Positions 1 through 9,723 of a stretch of 64,000 nt of DNA are shown one piece after another (the stretch's first letter is position 1; each line of letters begins with the position of its first letter). The translations under genes and the position numbers were made by a program. The notes under the pieces are model-generated. The model did no database searches, was not told where the DNA came from, and saw only the letters and a list, made by a program, of their open reading frames with translations. Origin of the DNA: Gemmatimonadota bacterium. GTDB lineage: Bacteria > Gemmatimonadota > Gemmatimonadetes > Palauibacterales > Palauibacteraceae. Location of the stretch: assembly GCA_965207805.1 (NCBI GenBank), contig OZ242312.1, positions 2,233,204-2,297,203 on the forward strand. Direction: 5' to 3'.

Positions 1-1539
1 TCACTCCCCTCCCCCGGCCTCGACGGACACGGCTTCGACGTTCGCCGTCCGCGTTTCCACGTGCTCGATCAGCGCTTCCACCGACGCGCTCGTCCGGTTC
101 AGGAACGGTCCCGGCCAGACGCCGATGAGCAGGATCAGCGCGAGCAGCGGCGCGAGGATCAGGCGCTCCCGGCGGTTCACGTCGGTGAGCGCGCGGTTCT
201 CCTCGCGGTCGAGCCGGTTGAAGAGGACCCGCTGCACCATGGGCAGCATGTAGCAGGCCGCGAAGATCACGCCCGTCGTCGCGATGGCGGCGACCCACGG
301 GTGGGTCCTGAACGTCCCCACGAGGATCAGGAACTCGCCGACGAAGCCGTTCGTCCCCGGCAGCCCGACGGAGGACAGCGCGACGACGACGAGCGCGAAG
401 GCGAACACCGGCATCACCTTCGCGATGCCGCCGAAGTCCGCGATCTTCCGCGAGTGGCGCCGCTCATACAGCATCCCGATGAGGAGGAAGAGCGCCCCCG
501 TCGAAATCCCGTGGTTCACCATCTGGAGGATGCCGCCCTCGATCCCCTGGGTCGTGAGCCCGAACACGCCGAGCACGACGAAGCCGAGGTGCGCGACCGA
601 GGTATAGGCGATGAGCTTCTTCGCGTCCGGCTGGACCGCCGCCACCCAAGCCGCGTACAGGATCCCGATCAGCCCCAGCACGAGCATCGCGTTCACGACC
701 ATGGGATCCGTCGCCGCGGCCGGGAAGAAGGGGAGCCCGAAGCGCAGGAACCCGTACACGCCCATCTTGAGCAGCACTCCCGCCAGGATCACGGAGCCCG
801 CCGTCGGCGCCTCCACGTGCGCGTCCGGCAGCCAGGTGTGGAACGGGAAGAGCGGCACCTTGATGGCGAACGCGAGCGCGAACCCTCCGAAGAGCCAGAG
901 TTGCGCGCGCCGCGCGAGTTCGAGCGACACGAGATCCTCGTAGGCGAAGCTCCACGCCCCCGAGCCGTCCTGGAAGATCCAGGCGAGGGTCACGATCGCG
1001 ACCAGCATGAGGAGCGAGCCCACCGCCGTGTAGAGGAAGAACTTCACGGCGGAATAGATCCGGCGCTCCCCGCCCCAGACCCCGATGAGGAAGTACATCG
1101 GGATCAGCATGATCTCCCAGAACACGTAGAACAGGAAGAGATCGAGCGCGACGAAGACGCCGATCATCCCCGTCGTGAGGAAGAGGAGCATCGAGTAGAA
1201 GGCGCGCTCGCGGGTCCGGATGTGGGAGAAGGAGCCCGCCACCGCCAGCGGCATCGTGAACGTCGTGAGCAGGATCATGAGGATGGAGATCCCGTCCAGG
1301 CCCACCGCGTAGGAGATCCCCCACGCCTCGATCCACGGGATGGAGACGAGATTCTGGAACCCGGGCTCCGCCGTGTCGAAGGTCCAGAAGAGCGGCAGCG
1401 AGAGCGCGAACAGGACGAGCGTCGTCGCCAGGGCGACGGTCTTCGCGCGCGCCTCCGGCACCACGAGGCAGGCCGCGCCGCCCACAAGGGGGAGGACCAC
1501 GAGCGCGGTCAGGATCCAGTGCCCGTCGTAGAAGGCCAT
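1..1539 (-). CDS. nuoM: NADH-quinone oxidoreductase subunit M (complex I antiporter-like subunit)
   Basis: Minus-strand ORF. It begins [11 protein letters not shown] and carries the WLPDAHVEAPTAGSVILAGVLLKMG motif, with multiple TM helices. It lies immediately downstream of nuoL with an ATGA start/stop overlap at 1539. The stop codon is at bases 1-3, so the gene is complete. Confidence 0.85.
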   Translation of the reverse strand: MAFYDGHWILTALVVLPLVGGAACLVVPEARAKTVALATTLVLFALSLPLFWTFDTAEPGFQNLVSIPWIEAWGISYAVGLDGISILMILLTTFTMPLAVAGSFSHIRTRERAFYSMLLFLTTGMIGVFVALDLFLFYVFWEIMLIPMYFLIGVWGGERRIYSAVKFFLYTAVGSLLMLVAIVTLAWIFQDGSGAWSFAYEDLVSLELARRAQLWLFGGFALAFAIKVPLFPFHTWLPDAHVEAPTAGSVILAGVLLKMGVYGFLRFGLPFFPAAATDPMVVNAMLVLGLIGILYAAWVAAVQPDAKKLIAYTSVAHLGFVVLGVFGLTTQGIEGGILQMVNHGISTGALFLLIGMLYERRHSRKIADFGGIAKVMPVFAFALVVVALSSVGLPGTNGFVGEFLILVGTFRTHPWVAAIATTGVIFAACYMLPMVQRVLFNRLDREENRALTDVNRRERLILAPLLALILLIGVWPGPFLNRTSASVEALIEHVETRTANVEAVSVEAGGGE

Positions 1540-3557
1540 CACGAGAGCACCCCGAGGACGAGGAGGGCCCCAAGCATGAAGGCGACGAGGTAGGTCGTCA
1601 CGCGCCCCGTCTGGAGTTGGCCCCCGGCCCAGCCGAGGAGGCGAGCGGCGCGCCCCGCGCCGTTCACGGCGCCGTCGATGAGGCCCGCGTCCACGATCCG
1701 CCAGCACGCGCGCCACAGGGCGAGCGAGGGGCGGACGATCGCGCGGTCGTACAGTTCATCCACGTACCACTTGTCGTGGAGCACGCGGGCGAACCCGGTC
1801 GGCGCCACGGCCTGCGCCTCCGTCGGCACCGGCTTCGGCGACAGGACCCGGACGGTTCCGACGACGGCCGCGATCGCGATCGCCGCGGAGATCACCGCCC
1901 ACAGCGCCTCGCCGCCCCCGACGGGCGACCGGTATTCCGGGGCGAAGCCGTGCGCCTCCTTGACGGCGATCGCCGGCGCGAACACCGGCTCCAGCCAGTG
2001 GTGCAGCCACTCGACGGTCGGGAGCAGCGGCAGCGCCTCGGGGATATTCGCCCAGCCGCCCACGACCGAGAGGACCGCGAGCACCGCCAGCGGCGCCCAC
2101 ATGACGACGGGCACCTCGTGCAGCTTGCCTCCGGTGCGGTTCTCCCCGTGGAAGGTCATCACCATGAGCCGGGCCATGTACACGGCCGTGAGCAGCGCCG
2201 TGGCGAGCGCGACGCCCCACAGGATCGGGTATCCGTAGGCCCCCGAGTACCAGATGATCTCGTCCTTCGAGAAGAATCCGGCCAGCGGTGGCACGCCCGC
2301 GATCGCGAGGGTCGCGACCCACATGAAGACGAACGTGCGGGGCATGAACTTCCGGAGCCCGCCGTGGTTCCGCATGTCGTTCGGGTCGCCGTGGTGTGCG
2401 TCCCCGTGCCCGCCGTCCCCGTGCGCCCACGCGTGGTGCACCGCGTGGATCACGGCCCCCGCGCCCAGGAAGAGGAGCGCCTTGAAGAAGGCGTGCGTCA
2501 TCAGGTGGAAGACCCCGGCCGTGAACGCCCCCACCCCGACGGCGAGAAACATGTAGCCGAGCTGCGAGATCGTGGAGTACGCGAGCACCTTCTTGATGTC
2601 GTACTGCCGGATCGCGATCGAGGCCGCGAACAGCGCCGTCCCCGCCCCGATTGCCGCCACCACGCCCTGGGACACGGGCGAAAGCGCGAACAGGACGCTG
2701 GTGCGCGCGATGAGATAGACCCCCGCCGTCACCATCGTCGCCGCGTGAATGAGCGCCGAGACCGGCGTCGGACCCGCCATCGCGTCGGGAAGCCAGGTGT
2801 GGAGGGGAATCTGGGCCGACTTCCCCGTGCAGCCGAGGAAGAGGAGGAGCGTGATCCCGGTGACGAGCGCGCCGCCGTACGCGAGCGTCCCATCCGCCGC
2901 CGCGAGGACGGGAATGAAGTCCAGCGTCCCGAAGGCGACGAAAATCAGGAACATGGCGACGAGGAACCCCGCGTCGCCGATCCGGTTCATGATGAACGCC
3001 TTCTTCCCCGCGTTCGCGTAGTCCCGGTTCTCGTACCAGAAGCCGATGAGCAGGTACGAGCAGAGCCCCACGCCCTCCCAGCCCACGAACATCAGCGGGA
3101 AGCTGGCCCCGAGAACGAGGACGAGCATGAAGAAGACGAACAGGTTGAGATACGAGAAGTAGCGGGAATAGCCCGGATCGTCGCGCATGTAGCCGACGGA
3201 ATAGATGTGGATCAGGCTCCCGACCCCGGTGACGATCATGCACATCAGCATCGAGAGCTGGTCGAACTGGAGGTCGACCCCGATGCGGAGGTCGCCGGAC
3301 ACGATCCAGTTCCAGAGGCTGACGACTTCCGCGCCGTGCAGGTCCTCGCCATTCATCGCGATGAAGTTCACGAGGACGACGGCGAAGCTCCCGAGAAGCG
3401 CGGCGGGTCCCACGATCGTCGGGATCCGCTTGTCGTCGCGCCACAGGAATGCCCCCGCCCCGTTCACCGCCGCTCCGAGCAGCGGGAGGGCGAGGATGAG
3501 CCACGGGAGCACCGGCTGGAACCCGGCCGCCGCCTCCTGCGCGGTGAGGCTCACCAC
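1539..3557 (-). CDS. nuoL: NADH-quinone oxidoreductase subunit L (long antiporter-like subunit with C-terminal horizontal helix)
   Basis: 672 aa. Motifs: [64 protein letters not shown], and the C-terminal amphipathic region [17 protein letters not shown]. Confidence 0.9.
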   Translation of the reverse strand: MVSLTAQEAAAGFQPVLPWLILALPLLGAAVNGAGAFLWRDDKRIPTIVGPAALLGSFAVVLVNFIAMNGEDLHGAEVVSLWNWIVSGDLRIGVDLQFDQLSMLMCMIVTGVGSLIHIYSVGYMRDDPGYSRYFSYLNLFVFFMLVLVLGASFPLMFVGWEGVGLCSYLLIGFWYENRDYANAGKKAFIMNRIGDAGFLVAMFLIFVAFGTLDFIPVLAAADGTLAYGGALVTGITLLLFLGCTGKSAQIPLHTWLPDAMAGPTPVSALIHAATMVTAGVYLIARTSVLFALSPVSQGVVAAIGAGTALFAASIAIRQYDIKKVLAYSTISQLGYMFLAVGVGAFTAGVFHLMTHAFFKALLFLGAGAVIHAVHHAWAHGDGGHGDAHHGDPNDMRNHGGLRKFMPRTFVFMWVATLAIAGVPPLAGFFSKDEIIWYSGAYGYPILWGVALATALLTAVYMARLMVMTFHGENRTGGKLHEVPVVMWAPLAVLAVLSVVGGWANIPEALPLLPTVEWLHHWLEPVFAPAIAVKEAHGFAPEYRSPVGGGEALWAVISAAIAIAAVVGTVRVLSPKPVPTEAQAVAPTGFARVLHDKWYVDELYDRAIVRPSLALWRACWRIVDAGLIDGAVNGAGRAARLLGWAGGQLQTGRVTTYLVAFMLGALLVLGVLS

Positions 3558-3880
3558 TTCAGGAGCCGGAAGCGGTCGAGGTCCACGACTTCATAGTGCC
3601 GGAAGATCGCGATGATGATCGCGAGCCCCACGGCGGCCTCCGCCGCGGCCACGGCCATGACGAAGAAGACGAAGATCTGACCCTCGATCCCGTGCATGCG
3701 CGAGAAGGCGACAAGCGACAGGTTCGCGGCGGTCAGCATCAGCTCGATGCACATGAAGACGATGATCGCGTTGCGCCGCAGCAGGACCCCGATGACGCCG
3801 ATGGAGAACAGGATCGCGCTCACGAAGAGGGCGATGAGTCCGTTCAGGCCGAGCGCGCCCGCCATGCCCGCCTCGTTCAC
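3551..3880 (-). CDS. nuoK: NADH-quinone oxidoreductase subunit K
   Basis: About 100 aa with three TM helices (...[27 protein letters not shown]...). It sits between nuoJ and nuoL. The start could instead be the internal Met at 3865. Confidence 0.8.
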   Translation of the reverse strand: MNEAGMAGALGLNGLIALFVSAILFSIGVIGVLLRRNAIIVFMCIELMLTAANLSLVAFSRMHGIEGQIFVFFVMAVAAAEAAVGLAIIIAIFRHYEVVDLDRFRLLKW

Positions 3881-4425
3881 GTCCGCTCCCCCTCGCTCAC
3901 GCTCCGCTCCCTGCGGGCGAGCAGGATCGTGCCCACGATGGACACGAGCAGGAGGACGCCGGTGACCTCGAGCACGATCGTGTACTCTGTGAAGAGCGGC
4001 CGGGCCACGACGCCGACGACCCCCTGTTCGGCGGCCGCCTCGCGCAGCGCGCTGCCCGCAATCTCCACGACCGGCCGTGCCTCCGTCCTCCCGACGAAGA
4101 GCCGCGTGAGGACGCCGAGAAAGGCGATGGAGATCGAGCCGCCGATGAGCCCTCCCACGGGCCCCCGCAGGTCGCGCCAGTCCGCGTGCCCGAGGTTCAG
4201 GAGCATGAGGACGAAGAGGAAGAGGACCATGATGGCCCCGCCGTACAGGATCACGTTGATCGCCGCGATGTAGTGCGCATCCAGCATGAGGAACATGCCG
4301 GACGTGGCGAAGAACACGCCCACCAGGAAGATCACGGCGGACACGGGATTCCGGCGCGTGACCATGATCACCGCGCCCAGAATCGCGCTCGCCGCGAAGG
4401 CCTGGAAGAGAAAGTCCTGGATCAT
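3877..4425 (-). CDS. nuoJ: NADH-quinone oxidoreductase subunit J
   Basis: 182 aa hydrophobic protein ([39 protein letters not shown]...) positioned between nuoI and nuoK. Confidence 0.85.
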   Translation of the reverse strand: MIQDFLFQAFAASAILGAVIMVTRRNPVSAVIFLVGVFFATSGMFLMLDAHYIAAINVILYGGAIMVLFLFVLMLLNLGHADWRDLRGPVGGLIGGSISIAFLGVLTRLFVGRTEARPVVEIAGSALREAAAEQGVVGVVARPLFTEYTIVLEVTGVLLLVSIVGTILLARRERSVSEGERT

Positions 4426-4444
4426 TGCGGCGCGGGGTCGTGGA

Positions 4445-4942
4445 TCATTGCGACGCCGGGTCCTGCGGATCCCACAACGCCGTCACGTCGTGCTCCTGCT
4501 CGACGAGCCGCTCGAGGTCGTACACCCAGCGCTCGCGCGAGTACTCCGCGTTCTCGTAGTGCACGCCGAGGTGGATCGCCTCGACCGGGCACACCTCCTG
4601 GCAGTAACCGCAGAAGATGCAGCGGAACTCGTCGATCTCGTAGATCGCCGCGTAGCGCTCGCCGCTCTCGTCCTCCGCCGGCACGAGCTTGATGCAGTTC
4701 ACGGGGCACACGGTCGGACACAGGCCGCACGCGACGCACTTGGCCCGTCCGTCCTCGTGCACCTCCATGCGGTGCGTGCCGCGCGTCCGGGGCGCCAGTT
4801 CCCACTTCTCGTCCGGGTACTGCTGCGTCTTCTTGTTCGGGCTCAGGAGGTGCCGCATGGTGATCGACATCCCCTTCGCCGCCGCCCGCACGTACGAACT
4901 CTCGGCCCGCGGCCGCTCCACGACCTTCACATCTCCAGGCAT
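4445..4942 (-). CDS. nuoI: NADH-quinone oxidoreductase subunit I (2x[4Fe-4S] ferredoxin)
   Basis: Two CxxCxxCxxxCP motifs: CVACGLCPTVCP and CIFCGYCQEVCP. Confidence 0.9.
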   Translation of the reverse strand: MPGDVKVVERPRAESSYVRAAAKGMSITMRHLLSPNKKTQQYPDEKWELAPRTRGTHRMEVHEDGRAKCVACGLCPTVCPVNCIKLVPAEDESGERYAAIYEIDEFRCIFCGYCQEVCPVEAIHLGVHYENAEYSRERWVYDLERLVEQEHDVTALWDPQDPASQ

Positions 4943-4943
4943 C

Positions 4944-6200
4944 CTACCCTCCCTGGCCCGCGGCGCCGCCGCCGGCCGACTTCGCCCCCTTCGCCCCGCC
5001 GCGGATCAGCGTCCCCCGGTCCATGGCGAAGAAGAGCACCCCCGCGAGCCCAAGATTCACGAGGAAGAGAACGAACGCGTACCAGCCGCCGAGCGGGATC
5101 CCGACCGCCTCGATTCCGAGGATGACGAAGGCGATGACGAGGATGTAGACCGTCACCGCTTCCAGCATGAACTTCCAACCCAGATCCATGAGCTGGTCGT
5201 AGCGGAAGCGCGGCAGCGTCCACCGAATCCAGACGAAGACGAGCACGAGCAGCGACGTCTTCACGCCGAAGGCGCCGAGCGTGAGCAGCGTCTTCCACCA
5301 CGTCGGCTCCCCGATCACCGTCCCATCGGAGAGGACGCGGATATTGTCCCCCTGCCAGAACGGGATGTCCCACCCGCCGAGGAAGAAAACGGTGACGAGC
5401 GCGGCGACCGTGATCACGTGCGCAAACTCGCCGATCATGAACATCGAGAACTTCATCGCCGAATACTCGGTGTGGTATCCGGTGATGAGTTCGGCCTCCG
5501 CCTCGGGCATGTCGAAAGGAAGACGGTTCGTCTCCGCGAGTCCCGAAACGAAGAAGAAGAAGAGACCGACGAGGAGCGGGAACATGAACCACGTCGCGTA
5601 CGTCGCCGGCCCCGCCGTGAACGTCTGCTGCATGGAGACGATCTCGGGGGCGCGCACGTCTCCCGTGAGGAGGATGAGCGGGACGAGGCTGAGCGCGAGC
5701 GCGACCTCGTAGCTCACCATCTGCGCAGAGCCGCGCAGGCCGCCGAGCAGCGAGTACTTCGACCCGGAGGCCCAGCCGCCCATGGCGACCCCGTACACGC
5801 CGATCGAACCGATCGCGAGCACGTAGAGGAAACCGATCGGCACGTCCGCCACGATCATCTCCACGAGCCCCCACTGCGTGGGCAGGGGGGAGGCGAAGGG
5901 GATCACGGCGAAGAGGATCGTGGCCGGCAGAATCGCGAGGACGGGCGCGAGGAGGAAGAAGGGCCGGATCGCCTGCTCCGGCATCGTCTCTTCCTTGAGG
6001 AGGTTCTTGAGCCCGTCGGCGATGACCTGAAGGAGTCCCCACGGGCCGACGCGGTTCGGGCCGCTCCGGTCCTGCATGAAGCCGCACACCTTGCGCTCGA
6101 AGATCGTGGCGAACATGACCGCGAGCATGAGCACCGAGAAGAAGAGGACGACCTTCCCCACGGTGGCGAGGGCGAAGGCGCCGCCGGTGACGGGGCTCAC
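4944..6200 (-). CDS. nuoH: NADH-quinone oxidoreductase subunit H
   Basis: NuoH/ND1-like membrane protein (...SGPNRVGPWGLLQVIADGLKNLLKE...YEVALALSLV...). Start chosen at a GTG that overlaps the nuoG stop (GTGA). An internal Met start is an alternative. Confidence 0.8.
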   Translation of the reverse strand: MSPVTGGAFALATVGKVVLFFSVLMLAVMFATIFERKVCGFMQDRSGPNRVGPWGLLQVIADGLKNLLKEETMPEQAIRPFFLLAPVLAILPATILFAVIPFASPLPTQWGLVEMIVADVPIGFLYVLAIGSIGVYGVAMGGWASGSKYSLLGGLRGSAQMVSYEVALALSLVPLILLTGDVRAPEIVSMQQTFTAGPATYATWFMFPLLVGLFFFFVSGLAETNRLPFDMPEAEAELITGYHTEYSAMKFSMFMIGEFAHVITVAALVTVFFLGGWDIPFWQGDNIRVLSDGTVIGEPTWWKTLLTLGAFGVKTSLLVLVFVWIRWTLPRFRYDQLMDLGWKFMLEAVTVYILVIAFVILGIEAVGIPLGGWYAFVLFLVNLGLAGVLFFAMDRGTLIRGGAKGAKSAGGGAAGQGG

Positions 6201-7825
6201 GCGTCGGCCTCCGCGGAACCGGCGACGCCGGCGGCTTCCGCGGCCGCGCCGGCGGCCAGGGCGCCCTTGAGCCCGATCCCGTCCCACGTGAGGCCCGCGA
6301 AGGCCGGGGCCTCCGCCGCCATCCGCTCGAACGCGCCACGCACGTCGTTGACGGCCTCGCCGTCTTCCAGGCGGGCGAGCACCCGGCTGAGCACCATCCA
6401 GCCCGGGCGGGCCAGGCCCGGCGGCCTCAGCGCCTGGTGGAAGCGCTGCACGCGGCCCTCGAAGTTCGTGAACGTGCCGTCCATCTCCGCGAAGGTCGCG
6501 ATCGGCAGCACCGCATCCGCGTTGCGCGCCGCGCCGGGCAGCCGCGTGCCGATGTAGAGGAAGAAGTCGGCCGAGGCGCCGAAGTCGTCGGCCGCGCCCT
6601 CGAGTTCGTCATCGAGCACGACGAGCGCTCCGCCGCCGGCTCCGTTGCCCGCCGCGCCATTGGGGAGCGCCGCCACGCGCCGGCCGCCGAAGAATCCCGC
6701 CCCCGCGACGTTCGCGGCGCGGTCCGCGCGCAGCTTGAGGGTCGGCACGGTAGGCAGCGCCGCGGTATCTCCCTGCGGGACCCGGAACGCAGCGCCCGCG
6801 ACGCCGAGCCGGTCGAGGAGCCGCCGGACGTAGAACAGGTTCTCGTTCGAGGCGTCCGGCGACACGACCGCGCTCCCGCCGGGCGCGCCGAGCGCGTCGA
6901 TCTTCTCCGCCACCCAGTCGAGCGCCGTGGCCCAGTCGACCGGCCGGAGTTGTTCGCCGTCGCGGATGAGGGGAACCTCGGCGCGCACGCCGCGGTTCGT
7001 CATCACGAGGTGCTTGCGGCCGTAGTCGCACATCCACCACGAGTTCACGGCCGCGTTGTGGCGCGGCTTCACGCGCACGATCTGGTTCTCCTTCGTGTCG
7101 ATCGTGACGTTGCAGCCGGTGGGACACCCGGGACACACGCTCGCCGCCGCGTCCATGTCCCACGCGCGCGCCTTGAACACGAAGTCCTCGTGCACGAGCG
7201 CGCCGACGGGGCACACGTCGACGATGTTCCCCTGGAACGGGTTGTCGAGTTCGCGCCCCGGGAAGGTGTCGATGTAGGCCTTGTCCCCGCGCTGCGCGAC
7301 GATGAGCGAATCATCCTCCGCGACGTCGCGCATGAAGCGCACGCAGCGCGTGCAGATGACGCAGCGGTCCGCGAAGTAGAGGATGTCGTCGGAGATGCGG
7401 TCCCGCCCCATGATCCGCTTGGGCTCGTCGACCCGGCTCTCGAGCTGGTTCGTGACGTAGGCGTAGTCCTGGAGCATGCACTGCCCCGCCGCGTCGCAGA
7501 TCGGGCAGTCGAGCGGGTGGTTGACGAGGAGGAACTCGATGACCGACTGGCGGGCCGTGCGCGCCGTGTCGCTCGCCGTGTTCACGACCATGTCGTCGGC
7601 CGCCTGCAGCGTGCAGGAGGGCTCGAGCTTGGGCCGTCCCTCGACCTCCACGAGACACATGCGGCACTGCGCCGGCCGCGTGGGGATGCCCGGGTGGTAG
7701 CAGTAACGGGGCACCACGACGCCCACGTGCTCCGCCGCCTCGATGACGCGCGTGCCGCTCGGGACCGTGACCTCGACCCCGTCGATCGTGAGCGTGACCG
7801 TCGCCTTCGCGCCGTTCTCAGCCAT
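6197..7825 (-). CDS. nuoG: NADH-quinone oxidoreductase subunit G (short, 542-aa form; 2Fe-2S and 4Fe-4S clusters)
   Basis: N-terminal 2Fe-2S ferredoxin fold (RYCYHPGIPTRPAQCRMCLVEV) plus cysteine clusters HPLDCPICDAAGQC and CVICTRCVRF. It lacks most of the C-terminal molybdopterin-like extension seen in E. coli NuoG. Confidence 0.85.
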   Translation of the reverse strand: MAENGAKATVTLTIDGVEVTVPSGTRVIEAAEHVGVVVPRYCYHPGIPTRPAQCRMCLVEVEGRPKLEPSCTLQAADDMVVNTASDTARTARQSVIEFLLVNHPLDCPICDAAGQCMLQDYAYVTNQLESRVDEPKRIMGRDRISDDILYFADRCVICTRCVRFMRDVAEDDSLIVAQRGDKAYIDTFPGRELDNPFQGNIVDVCPVGALVHEDFVFKARAWDMDAAASVCPGCPTGCNVTIDTKENQIVRVKPRHNAAVNSWWMCDYGRKHLVMTNRGVRAEVPLIRDGEQLRPVDWATALDWVAEKIDALGAPGGSAVVSPDASNENLFYVRRLLDRLGVAGAAFRVPQGDTAALPTVPTLKLRADRAANVAGAGFFGGRRVAALPNGAAGNGAGGGALVVLDDELEGAADDFGASADFFLYIGTRLPGAARNADAVLPIATFAEMDGTFTNFEGRVQRFHQALRPPGLARPGWMVLSRVLARLEDGEAVNDVRGAFERMAAEAPAFAGLTWDGIGLKGALAAGAAAEAAGVAGSAEADA

Positions 7826-7828
7826 GCC

Positions 7829-9118
7829 TCACCCCGCCGCGACCAGAGAAGGCTTCATCAGCGCCTCGTAATCGGCGCGGAACTTGTCGAGCGACGACTC
7901 GAGCGGGAACACGACGCTGTCCGCCAGCACGCAGATCGTGCGCCCCGTCATCTGCTCGCACAGCTCGTACAGCGTGTCGATGTCGCTCGGGCGGCCGTCC
8001 CCAGCCTCGATGCGCTGCAGGATGCGGACGACCCATGAGGTGCCCTCGCGGCACTGCACGCACTGGCCGCACGACTCGTGCGCGTAGAACTGCGCGATCC
8101 GGCGCATGGCGGCGACGATGTCCGTGTCCTCGTCCATCACGATCGGTGAGGCGGTGCCGAGCGCGCTGCCCGCCTCCGCCAGCCCCTCGTACGTCGTCGC
8201 GCAGTCGAGTTCGTCTCCGCTCAGGAACGCCGTGGAGGAGCCACCAGGGATCACGGCCTTCACCGGCTTGCCCGAGGGCGTGCCGCCGCAGGCGTCGAAG
8301 ATGATGTCGCTCAGTGGCAGCCCGAGCGCGAACTCGTAGTTGCCGGGGCGCACGAGGTGCCCGGAGCAACTCCACAGCTTCGTGCCGGGAGACTCGTCGC
8401 TCCCCCACTGCCGGTACCAGTCCGCGCCGTTCTCGAGGATCATGGGGACCGCGGCAAGCGTCTCAACGTTGTTCACCGTCGTGGGCATCCCGAACGCCCC
8501 GGCCTGCGCCGGGAAGGGCGGCTTCGCCCAGGGTTCCGCGCGGTTGCCCATGAGCGAGTTCATGAGGCCGGTCTCCTCGCCGGCGATGTAGGCCCCGGCC
8601 CCCGCGTGGATCGTCACGTCGCACGACCACGACGAACCCAGGATCCCGTCCCCGGCGAGACCGGCCTCGTACGCCTCGACGACGGCGGCGTTCAGAACCT
8701 GCGTCTCCTCGAAGAACTCGCCCCGCACGTAGATGTAGGCGTGTTCCGCCCCGATGGCGCGTGATGCGATGAGGCAGCCCTCGATGAGGAGGTGCGGCGT
8801 CCAGCGGATGACCTCGCGGTCCTTGAAGGCGCCCGGCTCGGACTCGTCCGCGTTGCAGCACAGGTAGTGCGGCTTGCCGTCGTCCTTCGGCATGAAGCTC
8901 CACTTGAGGCCCGTCGGGAAGCCCGCGCCGCCGCGTCCGCGGAGACCGGAGGCCTTCACGACCTCGGTGATCTCGGCGGGCGACATGTCGAGGGACCGCC
9001 GGAGCGCCTCGTAGCCACCCCCGGCGCGCCAGCCGTCGAGCGTGCGCGCTTCGGCCTCGCCCTGGTGCCGCGACAGCCGGGTCGTGACCTCGAGTTCGCT
9101 CCGGTGCGGAAAGCTCAT
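7829..9118 (-). CDS. nuoF: NADH-quinone oxidoreductase subunit F (NADH/FMN-binding, 4Fe-4S)
   Basis: Motifs GLRGRGGAGFPTG, GAGAYICGEETGLMNSL-like GAGAYIAGEETGLMNSLMG, and ESCGQCVQCREG. The ATG overlaps the nuoE stop (ATGA). Confidence 0.9.
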   Translation of the reverse strand: MSFPHRSELEVTTRLSRHQGEAEARTLDGWRAGGGYEALRRSLDMSPAEITEVVKASGLRGRGGAGFPTGLKWSFMPKDDGKPHYLCCNADESEPGAFKDREVIRWTPHLLIEGCLIASRAIGAEHAYIYVRGEFFEETQVLNAAVVEAYEAGLAGDGILGSSWSCDVTIHAGAGAYIAGEETGLMNSLMGNRAEPWAKPPFPAQAGAFGMPTTVNNVETLAAVPMILENGADWYRQWGSDESPGTKLWSCSGHLVRPGNYEFALGLPLSDIIFDACGGTPSGKPVKAVIPGGSSTAFLSGDELDCATTYEGLAEAGSALGTASPIVMDEDTDIVAAMRRIAQFYAHESCGQCVQCREGTSWVVRILQRIEAGDGRPSDIDTLYELCEQMTGRTICVLADSVVFPLESSLDKFRADYEALMKPSLVAAG

Positions 9119-9723
9119 GCGCCGCCTCCCGCATCCGACCCGCCGCGCCCGGCACCGTCGCCCGCGCCGTTTCGCGCCCCGCGCAGGCCGGTCACGATTT
9201 CGGGCACGCGCTCCGGCGTCACGTCCTCGAGGTAGCGCTCGTTGACCTGCACGACAGTGGCGAAGCCGCAGGCGCCGAGACATTCCGCCTCGATCACCGT
9301 GAACTCCCCGTCCTCCGAGATCTCCCCCTCGCGGGTCCCCGTCTCGGCGAGGAAGCGGTGCAGCACCTCTTCGGCCCGGTTCAGGTGGCAGGAGATGTTC
9401 GTGCACACCTGGACGAAGTGACGTCCGACCGGGTGCTTGTTGTACATCGTGTAGAAGGTCGCGATCGAGTGGACGTAGGCCGGCGTCAGTTCCAGCGCCT
9501 CGGCGACCTCGACCATGTCCGCGGGCTCGATCCACCCCTTCACCGACTGCACGAAGCCGAGCATGGGAAGGAGCGCCGCCTGCTTCGTCGGATAGCGGGA
9601 GAGGGCCGCCTCCAGCCGGTGCTTCCCCTCCTCCGTCTCGAAGATGGGACCGTCGAAGGTCTCCCTCGCCGTCAACTGGAAGGGCTGCGCGCCCACGACC
9701 GCGGGGTGGATGCGCCGGCTCAC
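9115..9723 (-). CDS. nuoE: NADH-quinone oxidoreductase subunit E (thioredoxin-like 2Fe-2S)
   Basis: Region ...VQVCTNISCHLNRAEEVL...EAECLGACGFATVVQVN. Putative GTG start overlaps the nuoCD stop. The C-terminus has a Gly-rich tail. Confidence 0.8.
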   Translation of the reverse strand: MSRRIHPAVVGAQPFQLTARETFDGPIFETEEGKHRLEAALSRYPTKQAALLPMLGFVQSVKGWIEPADMVEVAEALELTPAYVHSIATFYTMYNKHPVGRHFVQVCTNISCHLNRAEEVLHRFLAETGTREGEISEDGEFTVIEAECLGACGFATVVQVNERYLEDVTPERVPEIVTGLRGARNGAGDGAGRGGSDAGGGA